Shown here: in pieces, positions 15,051 to 23,982 of the stretch
Layout of the letters: the number at the start of each line of letters is the position of its first letter
How positions within the stretch are numbered: position 1 is the first letter of the stretch
Source of the DNA: a virus
Taxonomy: Duplodnaviria > Caudoviricetes
Length of the DNA stretch: 30,455 nt
Virus record (IMG/VR): IMGVR_UViG_3300025387_000054
Coordinates: 1 to 30,455 of that record
Reading direction: 5' to 3' (one strand)
Made by a program: the position numbers and the translations under genes
The notes under the pieces: generated by a model
The model's database searches: none
What the model saw: only the letters and a program-made list of their open reading frames with translations
Told to the model about the DNA's origin: nothing

Positions 15051-18000
15051 TTATTGCCTCGTTTCAGGCCATTTCCTTTCTCTTGCCCCCCCTTTACCAT
15101 CATTGGCAGAAGGATTCCAAAATAAGGATTGGCCTTTGGGTGTATAAACAACGTCATTCAATTTTAATTCATTTTTTGGTTTATTCTGTTTTGGATGAAC
15201 AAATCTTTCAGCATCGCTCATTCCAGCAAAATAACGGAAATTAGGGTCAGAGAAAATTTTCTTCTCAATGGAAGGCAATTGATTTTCTTGTTCATTGTTC
15301 CAATCATTCATAAATTTAGAGACGTTTGAAACTTTATTTGAAACTTGATTCCAATCATCGTTTCTCATTTTAATTTGATCCAAAACAGCCCTAGCTTTTC
15401 CTATTAAATCATATCTAGCGCCGGGAGATAATTCTGGTCTAGCAACCGTAGCTAAAGCTTCTCCCAAAGTAGCGGCAGGCGCTCCTTTTCCTAATCCGCT
15501 TTGAGCGGCAGAATTCATTGCAAGAATTACGGCATTTTTATTTCCAGAATCAATTGCCTCTTGTAATGCAGTCCATGTTTGCGGAACAGCATTTGGGAAA
15601 ATGCTTCTTAAATTGCCAACTAAATTAGCTTTAAAATCAGACAAACGATTTGCATCATTTTCAGCATAAATATCAGCCAATGATCTTAAAGCCTGATCTA
15701 ATTTCGGGTACATGTTTTGATTAAACATAACCGATTGTTTATTTTGATCATTAATAGCTTGAGAAGCATTCTCACTTGCTGTTTGATTTTGAATTCTAAG
15801 AGATGTCAAATTAGCAGGGCCATTCCATAAAGATCCATCTTTTAAAGTTACAGGCCATTCTGATTTCATAATAGAAGATAATTTGTCTTGCAATTGTTGT
15901 CTTTGAGATTGCAGTCCAGAAGGGTCGCCTTTGTTATTTGTAACAGCAACAATTTGATTATTCAAATTGTTAATTTGTTTTTGTAATACAGATGGCTTAT
16001 TGCTGCTATCCGCTATATTGCTTTCGTCTAATGGCGGAATTGGCTGTTGAATTGAACCCAATCCATATTCACCACGTTTTGCTCTATCGACAGTCTTCAT
16101 TGATAATGCTTCTTGAGAAGGAGCAGCCGTAGCAGCAGTTAGCGGCGTAACAACGGCTGCTGCAGGTGCGACTGCTGCAGGAGCGGAAGTTGATGGTTTA
16201 GGCGATACAGAAGCAGTTGCAATAGGTCTTGTTTCTGGAGCCGCTGCAGAAATTCCTTGTTGAGGAGTCGTTTGAGCCGATGGCTGAGAAGCTTCAGAAG
16301 GAACTTGGCCAACTCCAGTTTTTTGATTAACTTTGTCAGGCTGATAAAATCCCTTCCTCATCATTGAATCAGCATAACTTGTTAAATCACTAATAATATT
16401 ATTAGTCGGAGGAGCCATTGGGCTGTTCATAAACATGCTCGATACTTTTCCGTTTACATCGCTTTCTATGTTTTTCAACATTTCTTTATATTCGCCCGGT
16501 CCCAATAGAGTATTGTCAAGCGTGTTTTGCCATTTGCCCACATTAGGTAGCCATTTGTAATATTTATCAACAATTCCTAGAGCAGCATTTGTACCAAAAT
16601 ATCCGCTACGCATTACCTCAGCTAAAGCACGAGTTTGCTCAATTGGCAACTTCATTCCTTGAATTGAAGCCAAATACCAATTAATTGGCAACTGCCCTTT
16701 TTGAACATCAACTCTTTGTTGTTCTAATCCTAATTGTTGCTGTTGTAATTTAAATTCACGCTGCTGTTGATAAGACTGTGCTCCAGCTCCAACTCCAGAA
16801 GCCAAAGCAACTCCTAAACTTCTTGTTGGAGCAGTACCCATAGCGGCCAATCCGCTTAAAAATGGCAACAACGTATCTGCATTTTTATACCAAGGAGTTG
16901 GTTTATCTGTCTTGTCGGCATCAGCTTTGACAGGTATAGCCGCTTTTCCTAAGCCTGCCGCAGCATTTGCTTGTGCAGGAGGAGGAGCGGCAGCAGCGAC
17001 AGCCCCAAGTCCTGTATTAGCTTTTACGTCTGCAGAAACCGAAGAATCATCATTTTGATTGTCATCGGTTCCGCCATCAGCTCTACGTCTACGGCCAGCA
17101 ACGCCACCAGAAGACATAGCCATAAAAATAGCCGCAATTTTAGCGATGCTCGCAGCTGTAGAAGCGGCATCAGACACATTTTGCAGACCTGTCCGTTGAG
17201 GCGCTAATCCAGGAGCTGTTTGCAGTTTATTTTCATTTTTATTTTCATCAGGAATGTCCAATGAAGTTTGGCCTTCTCCACTAGCATAAGGCAAGTCTGA
17301 AGCTCCGCCTGAAGCATATCCAGCTAATCCGCCACGAGCAAAATGAAGCGCAGACAATCGATGAGATCCATCCTCTTCAGGAATTCCAAAACGAGGACCA
17401 GTCTCATCAGACTCATAAGGTATTCCTCCACCTGCCAATCCAATTCTATGAGTTTTAATAAATCCACCTTCTTTTGCCTTCAAAAGGTCATTAGAACTAT
17501 CAAAGTCATCATAGCTATTTTTTGGTTCTATATTTGCAGAAGAAGAAGGAGAAGAAGTTTCCTGAGGGACTGTCTGACTTAAAGCGTCAGATGTTGATTT
17601 TGACTGATCTGGAGTTGCAAACATTTTTCTAACACTTTGTGCAGCGTTTTTAACAGCGTTTTGAACAGGCTGCTTAAATGTTTCGTAAGTTTTATTTAAT
17701 CCCGTAGCGGCGTCAGTAGCTTGTTTTATATTTTCCAAAGCAGTTCTGTTTTGATGCAATTCTGGAGCAGTTGCTATTTTAGAAACAGGAATATTAGCTC
17801 CGGGCACAACGCTTCCTGCACCTGGCATTCCACTCAAGCCTCTTCCAGATTGAGCATAAGGACCAAACATTTGCTGTTGAGCGGCTAATATTGCAGCAAA
17901 ATCTGTTGCATCAATTCCTGATGGAGATCCACCCAATGCATATCCTTCTCCGCCATGCTTTTCGGTGACATGTCCACCCATTGATTGAGGGACTATTCCG

Positions 18001-20027
18001 CCAGAATAGTAATGGCCTCGATCAGCTGCTTCTTCAGAAGCTTTGCCGTAATCAACGGTCTTGTACCCATGCGACTCGCCAACCGCTTCTGGGGCGCTCT
18101 TCTCAATCTCTTGCGCGATATAACCAACGTGGGTTTTGTTATCGCCCTTGTAATTAAAGCGATAGAGCTTCTTGCCTGAGAAGTCCTTGCCGATTTCCCG
18201 AATGTTTTCTTTCAGGCGTTTGTCTGAGAAGAATCCGCCCGGCTGCGTGGTAGTCGTAGTCGATCCTTGAGCCGTACCAAGACCCAAAGCCGCATTCGTA
18301 AGGAACTGCGAGGTCTGGAATGGGTAAGCCTGCTGCTGCAGGAACTGGTTGTAAAGAGCTTGGTTAAGAGCTTGTTGGGTCTGCTGCTCGGTCGTGCCAG
18401 CAGCCAATTGAGCTTGGCCGCCTTGAATGGCGGAATTTTGAGCGCCTTGACCAATGTTCGCTAAAGAAGCTGAGGTTCCAGAACCCATGCCATACAAGCC
18501 TTGGCCAATGCCCTGAAGTTGTTGAGCGGCTCCGATGCCTTGCGCGTACTGCTGTTGGCCAAGCGCAGCCTTCTGCTGAGCGGTAGTAGCGCCTTGGCCG
18601 TACAGTTGCTGAGCCAAAGCGGCTTGTGCTTGCGCCGAAGTAATATTTTGGCCAAAACCTTGCTGGCCCAAAGCAGCAACATTTTGACCCGTAGTCTGGC
18701 CTTGCCCAAACAGCTGCTGAGCCAGAGCGGCTTGCTGTTGAGCGGTAGTAGCGCCTTGGCCAAACAATTGCTGACCAGCGGCCAATTGCTGTTGAGCTAA
18801 AGTGTTGCCTTGTCCAAAAATCTGCTGTCCCAATTGCGCTTGAGCAGCTCCCAAGCCCAACGGCTGCGAGTAAACTTGCTGGCCTAAATTGGCAAGTTGC
18901 TGACCAGTTCCGGTCTGTTGAGCATACTGTTGCTGAGCTAATGAGCCCAGTTGCTGGCCTGCAGAAGCTTGAGCCGCTCGATTGGCTTGAGCAGCGCCAA
19001 GGCCAACGCCTTGCTGCTGTTGAGCGGCAGACAGAGCTTGGCTGTAGCCTTGATTGAGGAGATTGCTATAAATGTTCGCGTTCGCAATTTGTTGTTGCTG
19101 AGCCAAATTAGCCGCAGCGATGCCTGATCGGTCACCGCCAAAAGCTCCAGCTTGAATAGCGTTGCCCAACTGCCCACTCATGGCTTGTTGGTTTTGCTGG
19201 TTCAGTAAAGCTTGCTCAGATCCGACCACAGATGACATATAAGGGGTCATGTATTGATCGATGGCTGATTGATTCAAGGCCGTGGGATTAATGCTTTGAG
19301 CGCTTTGTTCGCCCAAAGCTTGAGCTTCTTGATTCAATGGGTTCGCAGCGCCAAGACCGGCAAAATACTGATTAGCGGCCAGTTGGTTAAATTGCTGAGG
19401 AGCAGTAGCGGCTTGCTGATAAGCGGCTGCAGCTTGTTGATTGTAGGGCGATGCGGCAGCTCCTGCCTGACCCAACGTGTTTAAACCCTGAGCCGTTAAA
19501 GCGGCTCCTGCTCCCTGAGCTCCGCCCAAGGTATTTAATGCTTGATAATTCAGCGGCTGGGCTGCTGCTTGGCTGCCCATATATTGATTATAAGCATCTT
19601 GATTGGCTGACTGAGCTTGATCGTATGCTCCGCTTAGTTGTCCTGCCGCCTGATACTGCAGAGGGTTTGCGTTATATTGGCCTTGCGCCAAGCTCCCCAA
19701 AGAGCTCGCCGCCAATGCATTTCCAACATTTTGAGCTGCGCCAACATTCCCTGTTGCCTGAGAGTAATACGGCATAGCCGCACCTTGAGCTCCCATTAGT
19801 TCGCCAGTAGCGGCTCCATAGTATGGCTGGGCAGCTCCTGCTGCTTGGTTTACATTAGCAATGCCAGCTTGTTGTGTTCCGGTAAGAGGGGCAACAAATT
19901 GACCACCATAAGCCTGAAAAGGTTGAGAGGCAGCATCCTTAGCCGTTCCATAAGCTTGATTATAATTAGCAAGTACTTCTGGTGGTACTTGTACCGCCTG
20001 GGTACTGGTTGTCGTTTTGCCGCCCAT
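15051..20027 (-). CDS. Large ejection/DNA-pilot-type protein (1658 aa) with an internal peptidase S74 autoproteolytic domain
   Basis: MGGKTTTSTQ start, Q/A/G-rich helical repeats, AGAFGGDR, SDKRLKENI...YRFNY...GYIAQEIE...P.AV...VDY at aa 601 to about 661; directly follows the GNAT gene. Confidence 0.8.
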   Translation of the reverse strand: MGGKTTTSTQAVQVPPEVLANYNQAYGTAKDAASQPFQAYGGQFVAPLTGTQQAGIANVNQAAGAAQPYYGAATGELMGAQGAAMPYYSQATGNVGAAQNVGNALAASSLGSLAQGQYNANPLQYQAAGQLSGAYDQAQSANQDAYNQYMGSQAAAQPLNYQALNTLGGAQGAGAALTAQGLNTLGQAGAAASPYNQQAAAAYQQAATAPQQFNQLAANQYFAGLGAANPLNQEAQALGEQSAQSINPTALNQSAIDQYMTPYMSSVVGSEQALLNQQNQQAMSGQLGNAIQAGAFGGDRSGIAAANLAQQQQIANANIYSNLLNQGYSQALSAAQQQQGVGLGAAQANRAAQASAGQQLGSLAQQQYAQQTGTGQQLANLGQQVYSQPLGLGAAQAQLGQQIFGQGNTLAQQQLAAGQQLFGQGATTAQQQAALAQQLFGQGQTTGQNVAALGQQGFGQNITSAQAQAALAQQLYGQGATTAQQKAALGQQQYAQGIGAAQQLQGIGQGLYGMGSGTSASLANIGQGAQNSAIQGGQAQLAAGTTEQQTQQALNQALYNQFLQQQAYPFQTSQFLTNAALGLGTAQGSTTTTTQPGGFFSDKRLKENIREIGKDFSGKKLYRFNYKGDNKTHVGYIAQEIEKSAPEAVGESHGYKTVDYGKASEEAADRGHYYSGGIVPQSMGGHVTEKHGGEGYALGGSPSGIDATDFAAILAAQQQMFGPYAQSGRGLSGMPGAGSVVPGANIPVSKIATAPELHQNRTALENIKQATDAATGLNKTYETFKQPVQNAVKNAAQSVRKMFATPDQSKSTSDALSQTVPQETSSPSSSANIEPKNSYDDFDSSNDLLKAKEGGFIKTHRIGLAGGGIPYESDETGPRFGIPEEDGSHRLSALHFARGGLAGYASGGASDLPYASGEGQTSLDIPDENKNENKLQTAPGLAPQRTGLQNVSDAASTAASIAKIAAIFMAMSSGGVAGRRRRADGGTDDNQNDDSSVSADVKANTGLGAVAAAAPPPAQANAAAGLGKAAIPVKADADKTDKPTPWYKNADTLLPFLSGLAAMGTAPTRSLGVALASGVGAGAQSYQQQREFKLQQQQLGLEQQRVDVQKGQLPINWYLASIQGMKLPIEQTRALAEVMRSGYFGTNAALGIVDKYYKWLPNVGKWQNTLDNTLLGPGEYKEMLKNIESDVNGKVSSMFMNSPMAPPTNNIISDLTSYADSMMRKGFYQPDKVNQKTGVGQVPSEASQPSAQTTPQQGISAAAPETRPIATASVSPKPSTSAPAAVAPAAAVVTPLTAATAAPSQEALSMKTVDRAKRGEYGLGSIQQPIPPLDESNIADSSNKPSVLQKQINNLNNQIVAVTNNKGDPSGLQSQRQQLQDKLSSIMKSEWPVTLKDGSLWNGPANLTSLRIQNQTASENASQAINDQNKQSVMFNQNMYPKLDQALRSLADIYAENDANRLSDFKANLVGNLRSIFPNAVPQTWTALQEAIDSGNKNAVILAMNSAAQSGLGKGAPAATLGEALATVARPELSPGARYDLIGKARAVLDQIKMRNDDWNQVSNKVSNVSKFMNDWNNEQENQLPSIEKKIFSDPNFRYFAGMSDAERFVHPKQNKPKNELKLNDVVYTPKGQSLFWNPSANDGKGGARERKWPETRQ
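18450..18935 (-). repeat. Array of nine 18-aa (54-nt) repeats, consensus about QQL[FY]GQG.T.AQQ.AAL[AG]
   Basis: aa 365-526 parse into exact 18-mers; one more degenerate unit on each side. Confidence 0.9.
19293..19832 (-). repeat. Array of ten degenerate 18-aa repeats, consensus about A.P[YL]..QA...L..AQ.A
   Basis: aa 66-245 parse into 18-mers beginning AQPYY, AMPYY, GNALA, ANPLQ, AQSAN, AQPLN, GAALT, ASPYN, PQQFN, ANPLN. Confidence 0.85.
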
Positions 20028-20030
20028 GTT

Positions 20031-20531
20031 TTAATGCTCCGTGCTATCCTGCCATCCGCCAGTTTTCGCGCCATAAAGGAAAAAAGCGCCGCTTGGCTTG
20101 CCGAATTGACGTTCATACATACGAACTTTCGCTTCAGTGCGGCTGTTAGATAGTACTCCAATGATCAATGGAATACCAAGTGTATCTGCAAGCTTTTTGC
20201 TAAATTCGCAAAGCTTTTTAGCCCGACCACCTTTGGCGCTTCTAAACTCTGGATGGATGAAAATGGCTTTTTCTTCCACCACCAAATTGTCCGAATACCA
20301 CATGTGACCAATTCGCAGCAATACCAAGCCTTCAATTTTGCCGTTGGGCTTGCCGATCAGTCCGCAGATTCCATGATCTTGATGTAATGCTGGCCATATT
20401 TCAGCGGCAAGCTTTGCTGGGTTTGGGTTCAAGAATCCGTTCTCTTCGCAGGCCAACATGGCTATTTGCATGATCTCATCCATATCGGATGGGACGGCCG
20501 TTCTAATCACTAATTCATCAGGCTTTTCCAT
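20031..20531 (-). CDS. GNAT-fold acetyltransferase-like protein
   Basis: IRTAVPSD start, IFIHPEFRSAKGGRAKKL (motif A-like), MYERQFG; sits between tail and ejection genes as in many podoviruses. Confidence 0.75.
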   Translation of the reverse strand: MEKPDELVIRTAVPSDMDEIMQIAMLACEENGFLNPNPAKLAAEIWPALHQDHGICGLIGKPNGKIEGLVLLRIGHMWYSDNLVVEEKAIFIHPEFRSAKGGRAKKLCEFSKKLADTLGIPLIIGVLSNSRTEAKVRMYERQFGKPSGAFFLYGAKTGGWQDSTEH

Positions 20532-20532
20532 A

Positions 20533-21303
20533 TTAATCCTTCTTAGGTCCGGGTAATTTCTTCAACGTCTTAACAGTCTCTGCTCTCTTTTGCTTAACAA
20601 ACTCATCTAATACTTTGTGACCAGTCTCTAAATCGCCATTCCCTACCATACGAACTTGGTCGGGATGTAGTACATATTCTCCACCAGCGGCAATAATAGG
20701 TACAGTGTTTTCTACTTCTCCGCCCGATGCCATGTGAGGCATTTCAGCGCCATAGGGTCCGCCAGATTGCCCATAAGGCATAGAACCGCCGCCGTAAGGC
20801 GTTCCGCCGAATACGCGCTTCATATGCTTGAAGCCAGCCATCGTGTTCCCTTCACCAAAAGCGGAAACAATGTCCGCAGGGATGACGTATGATCCAGACG
20901 GAACGTGCATAGGCAGATGATCGGTTCGGCCAGCAACGGTGCTGTGGATAGGGCCAACATGCACTTTTGTCGTTACGGACGGCTTGATCTTGGGCATATG
21001 AGGCGCTTTAGGCTTGTGCATATGCATGCTAAATCCGCCTTCGGCCTTAGCCGTGCGTGCAGCCAATTTAAAAGCTTGAGCCGTGGGAGCACCTTTGCTA
21101 TTAGGCTTACGCATATGCTCGCCAGAGCCATGAGCGATGCGTTCCTGCTTGGCGTGAATGTTGGCGTACAAACCGCCGCCAGCGGCCTTTTTGGCCACGT
21201 TAAGGGCGGCTGCTATGGCTTGGTCTTTTGGATGGCCAGAATTGATCATTTCAGCGATATTGCTGCTAATGGTTTTCTGAGAGTGTCCATGTTTAAGCGG
21301 CAT
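20533..21303 (-). CDS. Basic, His/Lys-rich modular protein (probable internal virion protein)
   Basis: Modules MPLKHGHSQKTISSNIAE..., GLYANIHAK...GSGEHMRKP.SKGAPT, GRTDHLP...GSYVIPADIVS.FG.G and VPIIAAGGEYVLHPDQV, separated by AxGG. Confidence 0.75.
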   Translation of the reverse strand: MPLKHGHSQKTISSNIAEMINSGHPKDQAIAAALNVAKKAAGGGLYANIHAKQERIAHGSGEHMRKPNSKGAPTAQAFKLAARTAKAEGGFSMHMHKPKAPHMPKIKPSVTTKVHVGPIHSTVAGRTDHLPMHVPSGSYVIPADIVSAFGEGNTMAGFKHMKRVFGGTPYGGGSMPYGQSGGPYGAEMPHMASGGEVENTVPIIAAGGEYVLHPDQVRMVGNGDLETGHKVLDEFVKQKRAETVKTLKKLPGPKKD

Positions 21304-21310
21304 ACATCAC

Positions 21311-21655
21311 CTATGAGAAACTGACGGTCACAACTTGGCTAGTGCCTGGCACTACCAATACACCATTATTAACGGGCAAATTCACGACATAAATACCGAC
21401 CGTGTTTGGAATGATATAAATCGGCATTGTTGTCATTGAAGTTGAATTTGAATCGTATACGGTTCCAGTAGTGCTTCCTGCAGTGGTTACACTAATAACG
21501 GCTATTCTTCCAGCGCTGGCCTTAACCAAAGTTGCAGACGTAATATGAGGGAAGCCCTGAGCTCCTTGAACATTCAAATAGTTCTGAGCAGCAGTGCTAA
21601 TAGATGTAACTACGTTTTTGGTAGCGGTTAATATGTCTGTTAATGAAACGCTCAT
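21311..21655 (-). CDS. Small beta-rich virion protein
   Basis: 114 aa, ATLVKASAGRI...GTVYDS...NGVLVVPGTSQVVTVSFS; coupled to the hub gene. Confidence 0.7.
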   Translation of the reverse strand: MSVSLTDILTATKNVVTSISTAAQNYLNVQGAQGFPHITSATLVKASAGRIAVISVTTAGSTTGTVYDSNSTSMTTMPIYIIPNTVGIYVVNLPVNNGVLVVPGTSQVVTVSFS

Positions 21656-23976
21656 TAGTATCTACCGTCCTGTTGTGTCCTATAGCGCATATTACCAATA
21701 CGCCAGAAGCTGCCAACGTCATTGCTGCCCATGTAAATGCTCACTAATCGACCCCTGAATCGAGGCGATACAAAGGTCGTGTTCTGGGTTAATGCGAAAG
21801 GGCCGTACTGAGTCTGGGTCTGACCAGCATAATCGCTGACATAAAAAGTCAAATTGATCGTGGCATTTTGGCTTCCGCCGTAATAACCCCACTTCATATC
21901 TGGCCAAACTTCGTCAACAAACATCTTATTGTCTGCTTCGTTAATCACAAAGTTGCCAGTCTGGAACCAAGAATTCATTGCCTGACCATCAGCATTAGTT
22001 GATGTTTCATGCTGATAAATGTACAGAGAGAAAGGGTCTGCACCAATTGGCGGACCTAACACCGATTGATCCACCCAAGCTGATCTTCCCAATGTTCCAA
22101 AATCCCATACTCCCAAACCGACATTGTATTTGGCGTAGGCATTTACTTCTCCGCCATCGCTGATCGTTGGGTAATACCAAGTAATTTCATTGAAACGGCT
22201 GTTCACTGCAACTCGAATCTTATCCAAATTGGTTTGATCCAAGTCTTGATATATAACGTCCCAAACTGGGCAGGTAACAACCTGTACGCCAGAGCTTGTT
22301 AACGAGAAAAACTGGCTTGGCCCCATCCAGTAGACAACGCCGTTAATCGAAGCGGCGGCCTTGCGGCTAATCAAACCGCAGCCAGTACCGATTTCGTTAA
22401 ACGAATAAACGTATGGCTGGCCAACGTATTGCATTGACCATAATCCCAAATCAGTCCACACCAAACCTTGTTGCGGACCTTGAATGCACCCTACAATCTT
22501 AGAACCTTTTGGTATTCGATAAGAACCGGCTTGGTTAGTAATCTGAGCAATCCATGTTCCATAATTGTTAACGTCACACCATCGAATTAACAAAGGATCT
22601 TTTACTCCGGTAAAAGTCGACCCCCAAGCAATAATTTGACGCTGAGGCATCGCTACAAATATTCCATCGTTAACTTGAGGAGCTTGTGGAATGATTGTAG
22701 AAGTTGGGTTTCCGCTTAATGGGTCCCACTGATAAATTGGTTGGAATGGCGTATTGTTAACCAAAATTGTACCCGGCGATGTAATTGCTGCCGTAGTGGT
22801 AGTCGCAAAAGAAACGCTAGTAGGCGTAGAGCTAGTAACCGTCCAGACCCCATTCCAAGAGTTTGGAGAAGCTCCAGAAACAGTAATGGTCTCGCCAACG
22901 TCAATCGTGATTGTAGCGCCAGTAAAATTAATGGTTCCGGTAGAGCCAGTTCCAGAAGCGGAAGCGGCAGTTAATATGATTGGAGACTGTATTGGGCAAC
23001 TAACTAAAACCTCTCCCCAGTTATCCAAGGTCCAGTTATTAGCTTCAATAGGAACGCCCGTTGATGGCGTTACGGCAGGACCCGTTCCGTATCCTCCTGA
23101 TCCATATCCGCCAATGCCATATCCAGAACCTGCTGGAACGGCTCCAATACCAAAGCTGTAAATGTATCTTGCTTTGCCGTTATTGATCGATCCAGAGGTT
23201 GTTGATGTGGCGTTTTGCTGAGCGTAAATAACAAAAGAATTGGCATTTATTACGTTTTCGACAATGTAGTTGCCAAATAAAGTCAATCCGCCAACTTGCG
23301 TAAGAATCAAAATAGGAAACGTGCTTCCAGCATTAAATCCATGATTGTTTAAGGTTACTGTTACTTGGTTTGATCCGCTAACAGTGGCTAAACTTGGAAC
23401 ATAAGCTGTGGTCGATGTATTCGGAACAGGTAAATTGTTTCCAAATTGATCAGTAGCAAAAATAGTGTATTGGTCTGGGCTTAAATATCCATTTGGATCG
23501 CATGAATATAATCCAAATAAAACAACACCGCCAATGCTAATGTGAACCGGAATGTAAACGGAGTCATAAGAAGTAATGTTTTCAATCGTGGTGTCTGTTA
23601 TTACAACTGCAGCGCTTCCGGCAGTTGTAGACAGCGCCAAAGAAACATTGTCAGTAGCTGACCTAGGCGTTATGTCTTTTGAAGACCCGTTACTGATTGA
23701 GGTCAATTGAGACTGATAGGTGTTTGGCAAGTCTTGAGTTCCACAAGCCAAATAAGACTGAGACTCAGTATCTTCCCATGCCCACAAAGCTCTTGGAATT
23801 GCGCTAATTGTGTTTGGATAAAACTTGGTCCATCCGCCAAGCTTCTGAACCAACCCAATTCCGTTTCGGTCATAAATAAAGCGAATGAGGTTGCAGTTTG
23901 AGATACCTGCCTCATTCAATGTTGGCGTTTCGTTTTGATCAACGCCTGGCTTTAATTTTAATGACGCATGCGGCAT
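21655..23976 (-). CDS. Tail hub/nozzle, P22 gp10-like packaged-DNA stabilisation protein with inserted beta domains
   Basis: LKPGV...QKLGGW, WTLDNWGE, DPLLIRWCD, NQAGS.R, CGLIS...VYWMG, EITWYYP, DEVWPD, RFRGR, WRIG..R...DGR; inserted VTVT..NHG modules. Confidence 0.8.
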   Translation of the reverse strand: MPHASLKLKPGVDQNETPTLNEAGISNCNLIRFIYDRNGIGLVQKLGGWTKFYPNTISAIPRALWAWEDTESQSYLACGTQDLPNTYQSQLTSISNGSSKDITPRSATDNVSLALSTTAGSAAVVITDTTIENITSYDSVYIPVHISIGGVVLFGLYSCDPNGYLSPDQYTIFATDQFGNNLPVPNTSTTAYVPSLATVSGSNQVTVTLNNHGFNAGSTFPILILTQVGGLTLFGNYIVENVINANSFVIYAQQNATSTTSGSINNGKARYIYSFGIGAVPAGSGYGIGGYGSGGYGTGPAVTPSTGVPIEANNWTLDNWGEVLVSCPIQSPIILTAASASGTGSTGTINFTGATITIDVGETITVSGASPNSWNGVWTVTSSTPTSVSFATTTTAAITSPGTILVNNTPFQPIYQWDPLSGNPTSTIIPQAPQVNDGIFVAMPQRQIIAWGSTFTGVKDPLLIRWCDVNNYGTWIAQITNQAGSYRIPKGSKIVGCIQGPQQGLVWTDLGLWSMQYVGQPYVYSFNEIGTGCGLISRKAAASINGVVYWMGPSQFFSLTSSGVQVVTCPVWDVIYQDLDQTNLDKIRVAVNSRFNEITWYYPTISDGGEVNAYAKYNVGLGVWDFGTLGRSAWVDQSVLGPPIGADPFSLYIYQHETSTNADGQAMNSWFQTGNFVINEADNKMFVDEVWPDMKWGYYGGSQNATINLTFYVSDYAGQTQTQYGPFALTQNTTFVSPRFRGRLVSIYMGSNDVGSFWRIGNMRYRTQQDGRY

Positions 23977-23982
23977 TTTATC

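Noticed and set aside
18212-19777. Alternate-frame and antisense L/S-rich ORFs within the 1658-aa gene
   Set aside because: By-products of the 54-nt repeat arrays and Gln/Ala codon bias
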